Source: Podarcis melisellensis (lineage: Eukaryota). Taken from it: a DNA stretch of 64,000 bases. Each line of letters opens with the position of its first letter. Position 1 is the first letter of the stretch. The notes under the pieces are model-generated. The model ran no database searches. It worked only from the letters and a program-made list of their open reading frames with translations, and was not told the origin of the DNA. Positions 1-56,469 of the stretch are shown piece after piece. The stretch lies in the NCBI GenBank assembly GCA_964234715.1, contig OZ174282.1. One strand, written 5' to 3'. The position numbers and the translations under genes were made by a program.

Positions 1-1152
1 GCTTCGTTTTTAGGGGAGCGGCCACAGTAGTAGCTGCTTAGTAGCAGAGCACATGTGTCATGTGCAGAAGGTGTCCCAGGTTTGATCCCTGACAACATCT
101 GCAGGTAGGGTGGAGAAAGACAGCCCACTTGAATCCCTGGAGAGTTATTCTGCCAGTCAGAACAACTAGGAAGGGCTTGTCACAACTTAAAAGAATAACA
201 AAATGTCAGAGTAGAGGCAATACTGGGCTAGCTGAACTAATGGTCTTACTCTGGCACCTTCCTACAGGAATCCATGAAATGGTAAAAAGTGGGGCGGTCC
301 AAAAAGCGGTGGGGTGTGTGTGTGGACATTTCTGAATGGCCCGGCTGCTTCAGAAGCCAGAGCAAGACAACTCAAGGTTCTCAGAAAAACAAAGGCTGCA
401 GTCCTAGCCTCACTTAGAATATGCCCCATGTCCTTTGACTTACTTCTGAGTAGACATGGTTAAGGTTATGCTGTAACCCAGAAGGGAGAGGAGAAACTTT
501 GGGGTGGGAAAAATATAAGAGTTTTGTTGGATCTGATCAGAAATGCAGGAACAAGCAGGGCTTGCAGACAAAAGCTCATTCCTGCTCCCCAGCAACTGTT
601 GTGATGGGTGACCCTAATTTCATCTGCGAAGCATTGGAGGCTGGAGAGCAGCTTCCTATTTTATTGACTCTGTTGTAAGTCTTCCATTCTGCTTCCAGAA
701 GCAAATGGTGGCCTGCATGCTTTGTCTTTTCACTACTTCCTGTCTTGTCCTGGCAACAACCCTGCAACGTAGGCCAGGCATTATTCAGCTGATTTAAGAA
801 AGGAACAAACACTTTGATAGGCTCTTTAATCTGGCAAAGAGTCCGAATATATCTATATAATAAGATGCAGCTCCAAACCAAATGTGTTCAGCAACATTAT
901 TGTCTGACATTAAAAAAAAATTCCAACAAACTCAGAAATAAAATTGGAGTATTTCTGGCTCCTTTAAAACTTCTCATCAAATAGAGCAAAATATCTCATT
1001 GTTGTGGACTTATTAGAGATCCCTAGTCTGCATACAGAACCATAATTACTAGTGTTTCTTGGGGGAGGGGGTTGTATTTCAAACTCGTTTTAGAGTGTGA
1101 TGTAGATATATTTGCGGCATGTGATCAACTGTCTGTCTGTCTTTCTTTCCAG

Positions 1153-44005
<42,853 letters not shown>

Positions 44006-44321
44006 GGAAGCACAAGTGCCAGTGGATCAGAGGACTCCTGCTACTGTGCGGCACAACCTCAGAACTGTACCAGGGTCTCTCAGGGAAGTGGGGTTTGGGA
44101 GCCGAGCAGCTGTGCTCTTGAACCCCTGTGGCCTCAGAAGTGCTAGTCTGCAATGAGGGAGTGGCTGGTCCTTGAGCTGTGGCTCCTGAGAGCAGACTGG
44201 GCCATTGCCTGCCTAGAACATTGCTCCCACGGGCAGATTTTGCAGAAATTTGACACTTATTCAAGGGTGTCCCTTAGGAGGGAAGGACTGTCTTGGGGCT
44301 GCTGCTGGGATCAGTCAATGC

Positions 44322-44327
44322 AATAAA
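44322..44327 (+). terminator. Candidate TANGO6 polyadenylation signal AATAAA (another at 45044-45049)
   Basis: First AATAAA after the stop, followed by a GT-rich tract (cttgtgtggcaagtgtg). Confidence 0.5.
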
Positions 44328-45787
44328 TTTAATAGGGGAAAACTTTCTTGTGTGGCAAGTGTGCATGCCTTCATAGACCAGGGTCACATACCCCACCTGG
44401 CTGGTAGCAGATGGTGTCCAGTGGAGAGGGAGTCTAATTTAGAGCAGGTATAAGAGGAGTGGCTATGATCATGAATTGCAGAGTCCCTGGCTGTAATCCC
44501 TGGTTGGCTGTGAAGTCACCAGCTGGCCCTACGTGAACTCCTGCCTTGTATCCTCTTCCTTGCTTTTTATGGGATGTTTCTTATTTGCATGAAATGAAGC
44601 TGAAGTGTGGTCCCGTCCTTCACAGGCTCTTGACTGGGGCATTCCATTCTGCCTTTTGCTTTTTGTTTTGGACTGTAAATGAAGCAGAGGAAAATTTGTC
44701 TAGATTTCTTTTTTTAAAAAATCCTGCATGACTCAGTTATAGGAAGTCAGCTCAACGAGTTTACACCTAATTGTACTTTGGAAATTCTGTAAAAATTGTA
44801 TTTTAAAGAAATAACAGGAGGGGAACAAGTTCACACCTCAGAATGGCATGATGGAGCTTGAACAGTCCTCAGCCATCCCTTCTGTGGTGGCTAGAAAGGG
44901 ACACTCAAGGCCACTGCTATGTTAGCTGTCTGATTAGTCCTCCCCAAAATCTTCACCTAGTGCAGCCTCGTAGCTTAGCTCTAACAACGAAAAGAGTCAG
45001 TCAAGGCAAAATCCAGTATGTCCACCTTTTCGGTACACAATACAATAAAAGGAAGGTATGGAATGGCAGCTGCTGGGCAAGGCCTTCCACCACTCCAACC
45101 CTTTTCTTGAGAACTAGAGTAAAAAAGGTGCCACAGAGCATTAAAGGGAAACACTTCTTCTAGTCATCTTATGCAACAATGTTGACTGCTGCAATTGCAT
45201 TCTTGACAACCTGGAAACGCTCACACCTACTTCATACAAATTACTTTCATTGAAATACCCTGTTGTGTGTTGGAAACTTTGCTGATGCATTGAAATGCTT
45301 CTTCACTCTTGACTAATCCTAACACTCATCGGGAGTACTAGCAGCTGCATGAATAGTGTATAATCTGTGGGCATGGAGCCTTCCACCAGGGATTGCTAAC
45401 CTGTGCCCCCCTCCCCAGATGTTCCTGAAGTCACATTGTCCCCAGCCAGCATGGCCAGCGATGATGGATGTTATAGTCCCAACAACATCTGGAATGCCAA
45501 ATACTTCATATCTTCAGCTCACACACACATAGGCAAAAAGCTTGCAGTCTGGGGCATGCAATGGAGAAAAGAGGAAGGAATGAAATAACACAGGCAAATA
45601 AAGTTGAATGTACTTAAGTTCCACTCTTGTTAGGAATGAGGATTAAAGGGCCAAGCTAAAGGGCATGAGGAATACCTGGCATGGGCCACTTGAAATGGAG
45701 AGAGTATGGCCTGGGAAAGAGGGATAAAATAACACTTTGAGGCCAGTATCAGGATGTTCATAATCCCTTCCCTCAAACTATTTCTGC

Positions 45788-45837
45788 ATAGATGACCTTT
45801 GGGATCATTTCCAACGCTACAATTCTATGATTCTGTG
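45788..45837 (+). mobile_element. CR1 extreme 3' end
   Basis: agatgacc...ttccaac...attctatgattctgtg. Confidence 0.7.
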
Positions 45838-48800
45838 TTGGATTCACCGACTGAAGCTGATTCTGCAGTGGTTCTGTTGTGTTTTCCTTGGCCCTGAACA
45901 GTGTGTGAGAGTTTAGGACAGGACTGAGTGAGGAGCATCAGTCCACACCGTCCCTGGCCCCTCAACATCGCTTGCCATTGACCATGCTGGCTCGGGCTGT
46001 TGGGCATTGCAGTCCAGCAAGGAGGTGCACAGGTTTCCTGCTCCAGGTTTATAGAGAAGAAACCAGGTGAAGGGTTGCTTCTTTGGGGCATAATGGTACC
46101 AATGCCCATTATAGTGCTGCCCTGCCTTCATCTCCCCACTCCTGGCTTCCGAAGAACCAGCATCAATTTCCCTGTAAGGAGCGGCCCAATCCCTGAGCCC
46201 CTGCTCTCAGCCCCTTCCTTTTTCTCCTCTGCAAGTCCTGCTGGAGGGTGTCTGCTTGTCCCCAGGTGACCCCTCAAGCAGTCTGTGAACGGAGTGTGTG
46301 CTAACATCTAGCAGGTGTCCATCAGGAAGGAAGGGGTGCTCCAAAGACCCACAGTGCTGGGTTGGGGGAGCAGGCGCAGAGGGGTGAAATCTGTCTGTTT
46401 TGCTGCCAAGAGGCTACCACAGCTTCAGGTAAAGAGGCTGCTTTCTATTGGGGCGTCATGGATATGCTGGGAGCTCAGGTTGTGCCACCAGCACTTCTGC
46501 TGGCAGTTGTTATGTGACTCTTCCGCAGCCTGCAAGGAACCAGCACACTGCAGAATAATGAGTTCCAGGGAGAAGAACCAGCAGCTGATGGCTAACACAC
46601 ACAAAAAAGGAGAGAAAGGGGGGGTGGGGGAAAGCGAACTGAAGACAATTGTTCTTCCCAAGTTCCTGGATCACGCAAGGAAAGCCGTCCCTGAGAATAG
46701 CAACCCTGGTGAAGCTATTTCTGCAGCCAGGGGGTGTTTAGAGAGATGGTTTTTATAGACTCCAGGAATAGCTATACAGTCTGTGCGTTGGAGGAAAGGG
46801 GGGTTGGGGGGGGGAAGCAGCAGCTCAGAAACTGTCATTGTCCTTGCAGGGGGAGTGCCGGGTTGCTGCAGGTTCCACTCCCTGGGGTAGGCGGTTTCTG
46901 TGCCCTTCTCTGTCCCAGGGCAGGGGGCTGCAGTCCCCGGAGTCCCTTAAAGGGTTCAGCCTTGCCTAGGTAGAAGGTTGACTGTTTGGGGTTTTTCCCC
47001 TTTCTTTTTTGGTACCTTCCTGCCCTGGGATGATTTTGCCTGGGCTCTGGCTCCTCCGCCCCTCCACGCTTGCTCCAGCCAAAGGTTATTGAATGAAAAG
47101 TCTCTTTTCTTCTTGGCTGCAATTCCGCCTCTGCAAACAAGGCGATTCCTGTGCAGGAGGGGGTGGGAAGCTGCTTCTCTACCTTGGAAAAGCAGGGTTT
47201 TTTCCCCCCTTCTCCCGAAGAGGCACAGAACCCTGAGCGAGAAGCCGTGCCTGGGAGCTGCCTTTGCATCGAAAGGTAAGATGTTGCAATGCTGGCGGTT
47301 CCACAATGGAGTGGGTTTGAAAGGCAGCACCTGCTGATACGGTCCTGGGCGGAGGGTGTGCATCTTGCCTGTGGTCCCCAACAGGCACTCTTGTCCCTGC
47401 TCCAGCCTCAGCCAGGCACCTGTGGTTTGCCATGGGGCAATTCCTGCTGCAGCTGGTCTAGCAAAGAGGAGAGGAAACCTTAAGCTCACAGCAGTCCTTT
47501 CTCTGCTCCCTCATTGTCCTTTAGATACTGGACCCCGGCAACTCGTGGGAGGGGGCCAAGGGGGTGTGTCTTGCAGCTGCGGCATGCCGAAAGGGACCCT
47601 CTTATAAGTGTCGTTTCTGCTGAGGGTGTCCCCCAAAGGGACCCCTTTCGCAGTATCGCTCCTGGCCATTGTGCGCTTGACCCTTAGGGTGCTCTCTGAG
47701 TGCCTCCGCTGGATCCAGGGTGGCACACACTGAAACTCAGCCCCAGGCACTGCCTTCAGTTCTTGAAAAGGTGCAAGTGAGCTTGTGTTAATCCTTTTGC
47801 ATAAAGTGTGGTCCTCTTTTCGAGACTGTCTCTGAATGACAAGTGGGAGGCAGTGGGAGCAGGCAGGGAAGAAATGGATCTGGATGCCTGGCTCTTCGAT
47901 GGGCTCATTGCGTGGCCTTGGGCAAACTGTCGTCTGGTGGGACTTGCTTGTTCATCTGTAAAATGGGCATCACAGTGATCTTATGGGGTGGCTGTAAGGG
48001 AAAGCAGCATAACAATTGTAAGCCTCTTGCGCTGTTTTTAACAACACGTAAATCATTTCACTAACTGACTGGCTAGTGGGTTGCAGGGTGCCTCTGGAAC
48101 AGTTGTGTCTGTTCGGGTGGGATAGCATCAACTGGGTGCTTCTGAGCAACCTAGTTGCGTGTTGCGGCTCCACAGTAAACCAGAAGGCCTAAAGAAGGCT
48201 TATGGGCATTATTTGTAACTTTTGGGATCAGAAGGCCTTTTCAAACTTTTGTTGCTTTTGAACCTAAATGGCTCGCTGTTTAGACAAGTTCACTGAGACT
48301 GTGTGGAGGGCGAAGGAAAGGCCTAGATGAGCACTGGGGAGAGGGGGGATCAGGAAGGCCCCGGAGGAAAAGTAGCTCCTCAAACTGTCAGCCTCTCAAA
48401 GGCCCCCTATTTTAAAATAACACTTGCTTTGGACGGTGGAAGGTATTGAAAGGGATGCTTGTGAGGCTTGGCAAGGGAAAGGAAATGAAAGACAGGCCTA
48501 CTTTTCCAACCAGCCTCGCCCAAGGAAGCTGAAGGTCCAAAAGCGTTTCGTGCTGCAAAGAGATTTGGAGGCCTCTTGAGAAGCACCCTTGCGAAACTAA
48601 AAAATCACTCCCAGGATTCTTTTGGGGGAAGTCATGGGACTTGCCCTGTGTTTGCTTTTGCTTGTGGGCACAGCTGTGGGGTCTAAAGAGAGCGAGGCAA
48701 GGCTCAGCTCTGGCCTCTCTCCTGAAAGCCCTGCAGTTTGCCCCCTCCCATCTGATGTTCCTCAGCCCCTGGCAGTGCCCACCCCTTGCCTCATGTTCCC

Positions 48801-49856
48801 CTCCCAGAGACAGGCTTTCTGGGGCAGGACCAGACTGGGGAGCTTCCACCTCTCTGGCATTTTACACCAAGAGCTTTAGAAGCCAGGCCAGCCATTTCCT
48901 AACTGTGAGTTTTTAAAACCTATTTTACTTTCTTTTTTGTGCGTGCCTGGACTTGTGGGGGGGGGTGATTTTAGGAAGGGGTTAGGAGACCATAAACCAC
49001 CAGAGTTGAAAAACCTTCCTGGGCCTGTTGAGGGACCAAAAGCCAGACTGAGGTCAAAGCAGAGGTGGAGAAAATTGCTCAAGGTATCCAAAATTTTCTG
49101 TTCTGGTGCTTCAGTTGGGCCTATCATAGAGTGAACCAGTGAACTGGGGTTAGTTGCGGTGGAATCTTTTCCCTTGTGTAAGATTCAGAGGTCCCCTCAT
49201 AGACCTACGTTTCTGAAGCATTAGGGACAGTCAAGGCAGGTACAGCATGTTGGGTGGTGTAGAGTTGTGATCCATTCATGCTCTTATTAATGACATGGTG
49301 GCTAGGATTTTGCTCCTGCCTATGGCTTCAGGGATCTCCGTATGCAGGGCTAGGAACCTGTGATCCCAAGCTCAGGTTGCCTAGTGACTTTGGAAGTGGG
49401 GGATCAGGTCTGTACTTTCCCATGAAGTGTGTGCCTTGATTTGAGCCCCCTGGAATTTGCCAGCATCTCCCTGACTTGTGTATGTCCCTCTAGTGATCAG
49501 AGTTGCAGAGTCCAGATTCTGCAGTGTGTGCATATATGTGAATATGAAGATGAATGGAGGGGGGTTATCTGATGCAGTTAGGTGGTCTTTTGTTATTTTT
49601 CCAGCTCCATGATTTAAGAAAGGGATTAATGGACTCATAAGTCATGGTAGTTCCTTGAATATGCACCAAGTAAGGGCTGTTAGTTGTTTTGCAGTAGTTT
49701 TGGTAAGAATAACAGGGTCATTAATGTTGAGCTAATCTCTGGCATGTGGATGTGTGTGTGGATGCGGGGAAGCCGTGAGGGTACTAAGCAGGCAGGTCAA
49801 CTCTTAAGTTCTGCAATTGATAGGCTTGTGGTATAGTATATGAAGAAATCCTAAAG

Positions 49857-50050
49857 CAGAGCTTTCCAAACTGTGTGTTGCAACATGTTAGTGTGTCAGC
49901 TGCAGTGTGTAGGTGTGTCATGCAAACACTCTCCGCGCTCCTCCTGGGGCTGGGAAAGGGGTTAGTTTAACCTCCAGTTTGCTATTAAAAGTGAATTACT
50001 GTGTCACGAAATAAAGCATGTCTAAAAAGTGAACAACCTAAAAAGCTCTG
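49857..50050. mobile_element. hAT non-autonomous element
   Basis: TIRs CAGAGCTTT / AAAGCTCTG; perfect 8-bp TSD TCCTAAAG. Confidence 0.85.
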
Positions 50051-52939
50051 TCCTAAAGTCTTGCATGCCAGTTTATCTTGACAACTGGATTTTTTAGTTC
50101 AAGGAAATTACAAAGGTACCTGGGCCACCGGCCATTTGCTGACTACAGAATTCTCTGGGCAAATTTCTTCTAGGAACAAACACACACACTTTCATCTCTC
50201 TCAGTTTTTACATGTTTTTGAAGAGGCCCTGGCAAAATAGTGCATCTCTATGACTTTCCTTCCCTCTTCAGTTCAGGACCAAATAAACCTTTTTGTTTGT
50301 TGTCAGAAAATAATGGATGCAGGACTGAGGTGCACCTGTCAGGATCAAAGTGAATGCTACCCACCCACACAGTATTTCAGTTATTTGGGGAAAGATGAGA
50401 GGAGAGCTGAATGAAATCCATAATCTCGCTCTCCTGCTTCCCCATAATTTTTACCAAATCTTCCCTGCACCCTTGCCTCTCTGAAGAGTCTTCTAAAGAG
50501 GCTAGCTGGGTGAGACATCACTCAAGGTAAGGGAGTCATGGCCACTACAGACCCCCTCTAATTTGAGCACTGCGCCCACCTGAGGTGGGTTGGATCCCAT
50601 GATGCAGAACTGATTATTTTACCTCCACTGTCTACCACAGTTGCCAATCAGTTTCTAAATGCAGGTGATTTTGTAGCCAGTTGTACTCATTTCGCTTACA
50701 TTATCAGTTAAAGCAGCCCTCGCCAACCTGGGCCCTTTATATGTTTTGGACTACAACTCCATCAACCTCAGCATCATTCAGGTGTGCTGGCTGAGGCCAA
50801 TGGGAAGTTGTAGTTCAAAGCATCAGAAGGACTCCAGGCTAGCAAAGGCTGTGCTGGTCCATTAAGTATGTTCAGCAGATCGACTTCCCAAATATACATG
50901 TGATAGCCTGACCTGAAAGAGGGAGAGAAAATCCAGTTTGCAAAAGATTCCTTGCCTGGAGGTAATTCACTTGCCACCAGTGGCCAGCATAGTGGCTGTT
51001 TACAAGGCTAAATTAAGTTGCTAAAATTAGCAGCAGAGGAATGATCTGAATAGTAACAATTGGCTATGAAGGGAATGTTTGGGTATCATGAACAATAACT
51101 CAAGGGGAAGAAGATTGTAAGATCGCTCAACGGTATTGCTAATGAAGGGAGCACTTAAGCCAACTCTTTAACTTGGACACAGAATGGGGAGTCCATTCTG
51201 CGTTAGTTAATGCAGCAGCTAAACTAGGCAAAGTGGCTATTCTGTGACTTCCAGATGTTACTGGACTCCCATCATCCCTGATTATTAGCCATGTTTTCTG
51301 GGGCTGTTTGGAATTGGAATCTAACAATATTGGGAGCGGGGGAACAGATTAGCCTTTCCTGGGGTAAAAGGGTTATTTGCTGTTAGGAAAAATCCAGAAT
51401 TCTAATAAAGTACTTCATTGCTTGATTGGATTTTGGAATTCTCTTTTCTACAGAATCCTTCCACTGTAGTGTTACTGATGTTCTAATTATTGTAATTTCC
51501 TTGGAAATCTCTGCAAACACCCAACCCTTTTTGCTAAGTTTAACTTAACAAAAAGGAAGGGTATTATATTTCACATGCATCTGAAGGCAAGGAGGTGTGA
51601 GATTTGTGTGTGTGCGTGTGCGTTGAGGTGACAGGCAAGTGACAACAAGATTCTCTTAAGAAACAGACTTGTGTGTGATTCCTTAGTTCTCATCTGTGCT
51701 CTTGCCTACAAAGACTCTTGATAAAGTTATTATCCTCATTGAGGATTGTGTGCACAATCAAGTTTGGCAGGCCATACCCAGTACTCTCTCTCTCTACTAT
51801 AAGTGACTTCACTGTAATTCACACAAGAACAAAATGATCATAGATATCACCCAAAACTAAAAATGCTTAAGAACACCCATCTATCTGAGCATCTCATTTT
51901 CCACAGTGGCCAAACAGATGCTTCAGTGGGAAGCTCACGAGTAGGATATGGGGACCTCTTAGCACACATTCCTCAACTACTGCCTCTGATACTGCAGGTA
52001 GCATACCAGCATCCTGGCTAGCAGCCACTGACAGCATCACCCTCTTTATCCTTCCCTTTAGCTACTCCCAGTACCCTTAATCTCCCCACTTTTAAAGCCA
52101 TCTAAGGCTGTGTATACATCACCAACTTGAAATGCAGCCAGGCTGTTATTTTTCCTCAATGTGGATCGAAGGTGGTTTGGGGGGAAATGCATCAGAATGC
52201 AGTATTTCCTAAGAAACAACAGGATAGATATGGATTGTGGCTAACTTGGTGTATATACCACTTCCCACACCAGCAGGGTGGGAGTGCATTGGATGCACAC
52301 CAAATGGAAGTGTGTACACAGCCTAAGCTAGGTTGGTGTTTTTCATGACATCTTTGCTAACTCTATCCTTTGTCAAGAGGCTGTAGAAAAATATATTTGT
52401 GATAAAGGTGAGGGAGTTCTTAAGTCTTCTTCTTAATATTTTTAGATGTTCTGACTCTGCTCAGCCAGAGACATTGAAAAAAGAGCAGATAAAAAGGTGA
52501 TTCTCATTTGTATAATGGTTAGGACTGTTTGTTGATTTCTTGTTTGGATTTAGTTGGTTAAATTTGCATAAGTAAAAAAACAATAATTTTGAAGCAAATG
52601 GCTTACTTTGTTTTTAGACAATGGATGTACATGTTTCACAGCAGATCTTCTCTAGGAAAATTCATTTCATCTGTTAGGAAGAAGGGAGAATGTACCTTAT
52701 AATATTGTGCTTAGCCACTTGCACTTGTTACAAATCTTTGCACTGGAAATTATATATATTGAAATAAATCTGCTTCCTGATTTATTGAGGGCAGCTTCAT
52801 AGTGAATTAAAAGCTTTTTTAATTGATTAATCAACGAAACGTTGCAGTCCCTAATACTGACTGGCAGAAAAAAGACTGGGTACGCTGTGATGGGAGTTCT
52901 TTGTTGCAGCTCCTTCGGGAGAGCAACAAAACTGACAAG

Positions 52940-53110
52940 AGACTTTTATGGCACCTTAAAGGCTAACAGATTTAGGATGGCAGGAGCTCTTGTGAACTGT
53001 TTCATCCAATGTACAAAGGATGCTTCTAATTATTGGGACCTAATCCGATGCAGTGTATTTCAGACCAGGAAGGCTATTGCCGGAATAAATCTTTAGGGTA
53101 CCCCATGATT
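52940..53110. mobile_element. Penelope-like element remnant (inverted pair of terminal sequences)
   Basis: ggcaccttaaaggctaacagattt...aataaatctttagggtaccc are mutually inverted and resemble remembered reptile Penelope termini. Confidence 0.5.
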
Positions 53111-53639
53111 CTGGTTTTGAGGCTTTCCCCCCTCTCCCTGGTCCTCAGACTTGCTGTGCTACTTCTCTGATGCCAGGGGCCACCAGCAAGGGCAGCTGAG
53201 TTGCCTCAGTGGAAATCTCATCTTTTATTCAGGTCCCTGCATGGAAAATAAGTGTGTGTGCAAGAACCTGAGCCTCCATCAGTCTGCATGTGGAGGAACC
53301 TTTCAATCCTCCTCACTGTTGCCTTCGCCAGGCTGCTGCCCTCCAGATGTTTTGGACTGTAACTCCCATCAGACTCAGCCAGGTACTGGCTGGGACTGAT
53401 GGGAGTTGTAGTTCAAAGCTCCTGGAGGGCACAGGGCTGTTGAATGCTGAGAAAGAGGGTGGATTGGCAGTGTCCTACGAGGAAAGGGACAGGATCCCAC
53501 CCCGCTTTGGTCTTTAGGCTGCAATGAACCTTCACATGCTGGGCACAAGCACCATGCGAGCTAGGGGTGGGGAGTAACTCCTGCATTAGTGTGCCCTTCA
53601 AGGAGGTATCTCTCCAGATGTATGGCTAGCAACTTCCAG

Positions 53640-55110
53640 CCTGCGCGGTTGGAGGTGACTTTTGGGGGATGTATTCACGAGTGTTTCAATTCACTCTCTC
53701 ACATTCACACACCCCGTCTTGAGCCGGTCCCCCCCTTCCGCCAGCCGGCTCCCAACCGACCCTTGGCATTGGACGTGACATGACCAGAGTTGGGGGCTTC
53801 GCATGGAAGGCTACCCAGCCCCCAGCCCCACTCTGCCTTTCCTTTTGCGACCTTTCTTTCAGTCCCGACCTGACTCCGCTTGTGCAGCCTCTGAGTGGGG
53901 CAGGCGTGGGCTCCGTCGGGGCTCGAGCGGGGCGGCGGCGCGTGGGTGGCACCTCGGGAGGGGGGCAGGCCTGGTTCTGCCCCTTGCGCGCTCCTCCCCG
54001 CCCCGTCGAGGATGGGGTTGGGCTGGGCGCCTCCCTCCTCATCAAAAGCGCCGCGCCAAGCTGAGCAGGCGGGAGCGGCCGGGGGGAAGCCGCGGCACGG
54101 TGAGTCCGAGGTCCCTGGCAGGGGTGCGGGAGGGCGATGGCCGTCCAGCCCTTGGACCCGTGCCACACCCGATTCCCGGAGGCGCAGGAGCCGCATGTGC
54201 TGGTTCGGGCTGGTGGAGGGGAGAAGCGCTCTGCACATGCTCCGCGGTGGGCTCGCTTTCGCTCCAAAGCCAAACCTGGGGAGGGGAGGAGGACACTGTT
54301 CTCTGGACCAAGGTCTCAGCCTTTCAGGCTGGCCCTGGACAGGGACAAGGCTTTCTCATCTGCTTTCCCGCTTCGGGCTGAGCTGGGCTCCGGGGAGCCT
54401 CAGCCTCTCCCACAGGGCTTGCGTCCTGCGAGGCTCGGTTCGGGGCCACCACCACCGCCCTCTCTGCCTTTGTCCGTAGAGGCGCCCCCCCAAATCCCGC
54501 CCGCCCGCTGCGAAGAGCCCATCTCTGTGCCGGGTCTGCCCGCTCCCGCCAGCCTGGTTTCCGCTCCTACGGAGACTGGGCGATGCAAATGAACCATTTC
54601 TCTCTCTTTCCCCAAGACCGGGCATGCATGGTGAGGAAGAATAAGGGGGCTTCCGCGGGGACTTGGCGGCATGGGGGAAAGAGGGTGCTGTGGGGTTGCG
54701 CCCTGTACGCCCCCCCCCCAACTTATGGGGCTGCGAGTCCACCGGGACACCAAAGGCGCCCCGGGTGCATTTGCCTCCTTGCTCTCCTGCGCGCACAGCA
54801 GGTCAGGCTGTGGAAGTGCAGGGCCGCTGACTAGCCGGGCAGGATTAGGCGCGCTTTGCAGTTGCGGACACGAGGTTCTCGGAGTCGATTGCTGGTGAGG
54901 TTCCGCGGCAAGAAGGCGCAGCTAAAGCCTGGCCCAGCGGCGCTCTTCTGCAGCCCCGCGCTCCTGGCGCCCTCCAAATGTTCCTGGACTACAACTCCCA
55001 ACAGCCCAGCGTGGCCCGGCCTCAGGGATGATGAGAATTGGAGTCAAAGAAGACCTAGCGAGCCACAGACTTCCTGCTGCATCCAGAGTATCAGAGGGGG
55101 GCGCGTGTAG
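53640..55110. promoter_or_regulatory. CpG island / HAS3 promoter
   Basis: Sharp rise in GC and CpG density with GC boxes (gggcgg), ~0.7-2.2 kb upstream of the HAS3 ATG. Confidence 0.85.
54040..54099 (+). other. HAS3: Candidate non-coding HAS3 exon 1 (5' boundary approximate)
   Basis: Consensus donor CACG|GTGAGT at 54100 inside the CpG island. Splicing to 55849 gives acgATG (A at -3). The ATG sits exactly at an acceptor, so an upstream non-coding exon is expected. Confidence 0.6.
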
Positions 55111-55848
55111 TACTTGCCAGGCAGATGTATTAACATGTGGCTCTGCTACCACTGCCATCAACTGCAACAGCTTTTCATCCAGTCCTGGGGGGTGGGGGCA
55201 ACTGAAAATGCCTGAGCCAGAGTAGCTGAAAGCAGAACTGTCTGTTTCCTACAGTGCTAGTTTTGTTTGATTGCCTATTTGCATCTTTTGTTTGAAGTAT
55301 TGTTCCACAGTTATTTTTATTGCTGTTTTTAGTGCACTAATTGTAAACTGCCCTGGGATCCTGCCAGATTAAAGGCTGGGTAAAAACACAACCCGCCAGG
55401 TGCCCTCCGACTCTCGGCCATAGTTCTAATGCAGAAATGCTGCAGCATTGTGGTAGAGCACCTGCTTTGCATGCAGGAGGTCCCCAGTTCATCCCCATGT
55501 GGACCTGGGAGTGCCCCTAGCCTCAAACCCTGGAGAGCCACTGCCAGTCAGGGTTGACAGTGCTGAACTAGATGGGTCAATAATTGCCCCACTCTGTATA
55601 GGACACCTTGCCTTTCTCTATTCTTGCTCTGAGTTGTAATGCAATAAGATCTGAAAAGCAGGGGCACCCCTCCAGAAGTTGTTATGCTTCAACTCCGGTC
55701 ACCACTGCTCATGCTGATGGGGGCTGATGGGATTTGGAGTCCAACACCCTCTGAAGGTACACCGCCACTGCCGCTAAGGAGTCAGGGAGGGCTCTTGCGT
55801 CTGTTGCTGTGGCCACAGTCTAACCAGACTTCTCTGCCTCCTCTCCAG

Positions 55849-56469
55849 ATGCCAGTGAGGCTCTCCACAGCCCTGCGTGTTTTTGGGACCAGCCTCTTTG
55901 CCGTGGTGGTGCTGGGGGGCATCCTTGCTGCCTACGTCACGGGCTACCAGTTCATCCACACCGAGAAGCACTACCTCTCCTTTGGGCTCTATGGTGCCAT
56001 CCTGGGCCTCCACCTCTTCATCCAGAGCCTCTTTGCCTTCCTGGAGCACCGGCAGATGCGCCTGGAGGGCCGGCCCCTGAAGCTGCGCTCCTCGGTGGCC
56101 CTCTGCATCGCCGCCTACCAGGAGGACCCCGACTACCTGCGCAAATGCCTGCGCTCCATCCAGCGCATCTCCTTCCCCAACCTCAAGGTCGTCATGGTGG
56201 TGGACGGCAACGGGGAGGACGATGTTTACATGCTGGACATCTTCAACGAGGTGATGGGCTCCGACCGGACAGGCTGCTACGTGTGGAAGAGCAACTTCCA
56301 CGCCCGGGGGAAGGGCGAGTCGGAGGCTGGCCGCCGCAGGGCCATGCGCCACATCCAGAGCCTCGTCCGGCACAATACCTATACCTGCATCATGCAGAAG
56401 TGGGGAGGGAAGCGCGAGGTGATGTACACGGCCTTTTGTGCCCTTGGAGACTCTGTCGACTACGTGCAG
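55849..56469 (+). CDS. HAS3: HAS3 first coding exon
   Basis: ctccag|ATGCCAGTG...GTGCAG|gtgagt, 207 codons. Confidence 0.97.

Noticed and set aside
46700-47750. GC-rich intergenic segment with CTCF-like and TATA-like words
   Set aside because: Motif matches are partial, and no coherent ORF or exon structure supports a gene or insulator.
53686-54800. Multiple overlapping 150-195 aa ORFs
   Set aside because: Expected stop-codon depletion in a CpG island; low-complexity Pro/Arg/Gly translations.
55684-55848. In-frame ATG giving a 55-aa N-terminal extension of HAS3
   Set aside because: Lies in intron/MITE sequence upstream of a strong acceptor, and the homologous start is 55849. Probably a chance open frame.
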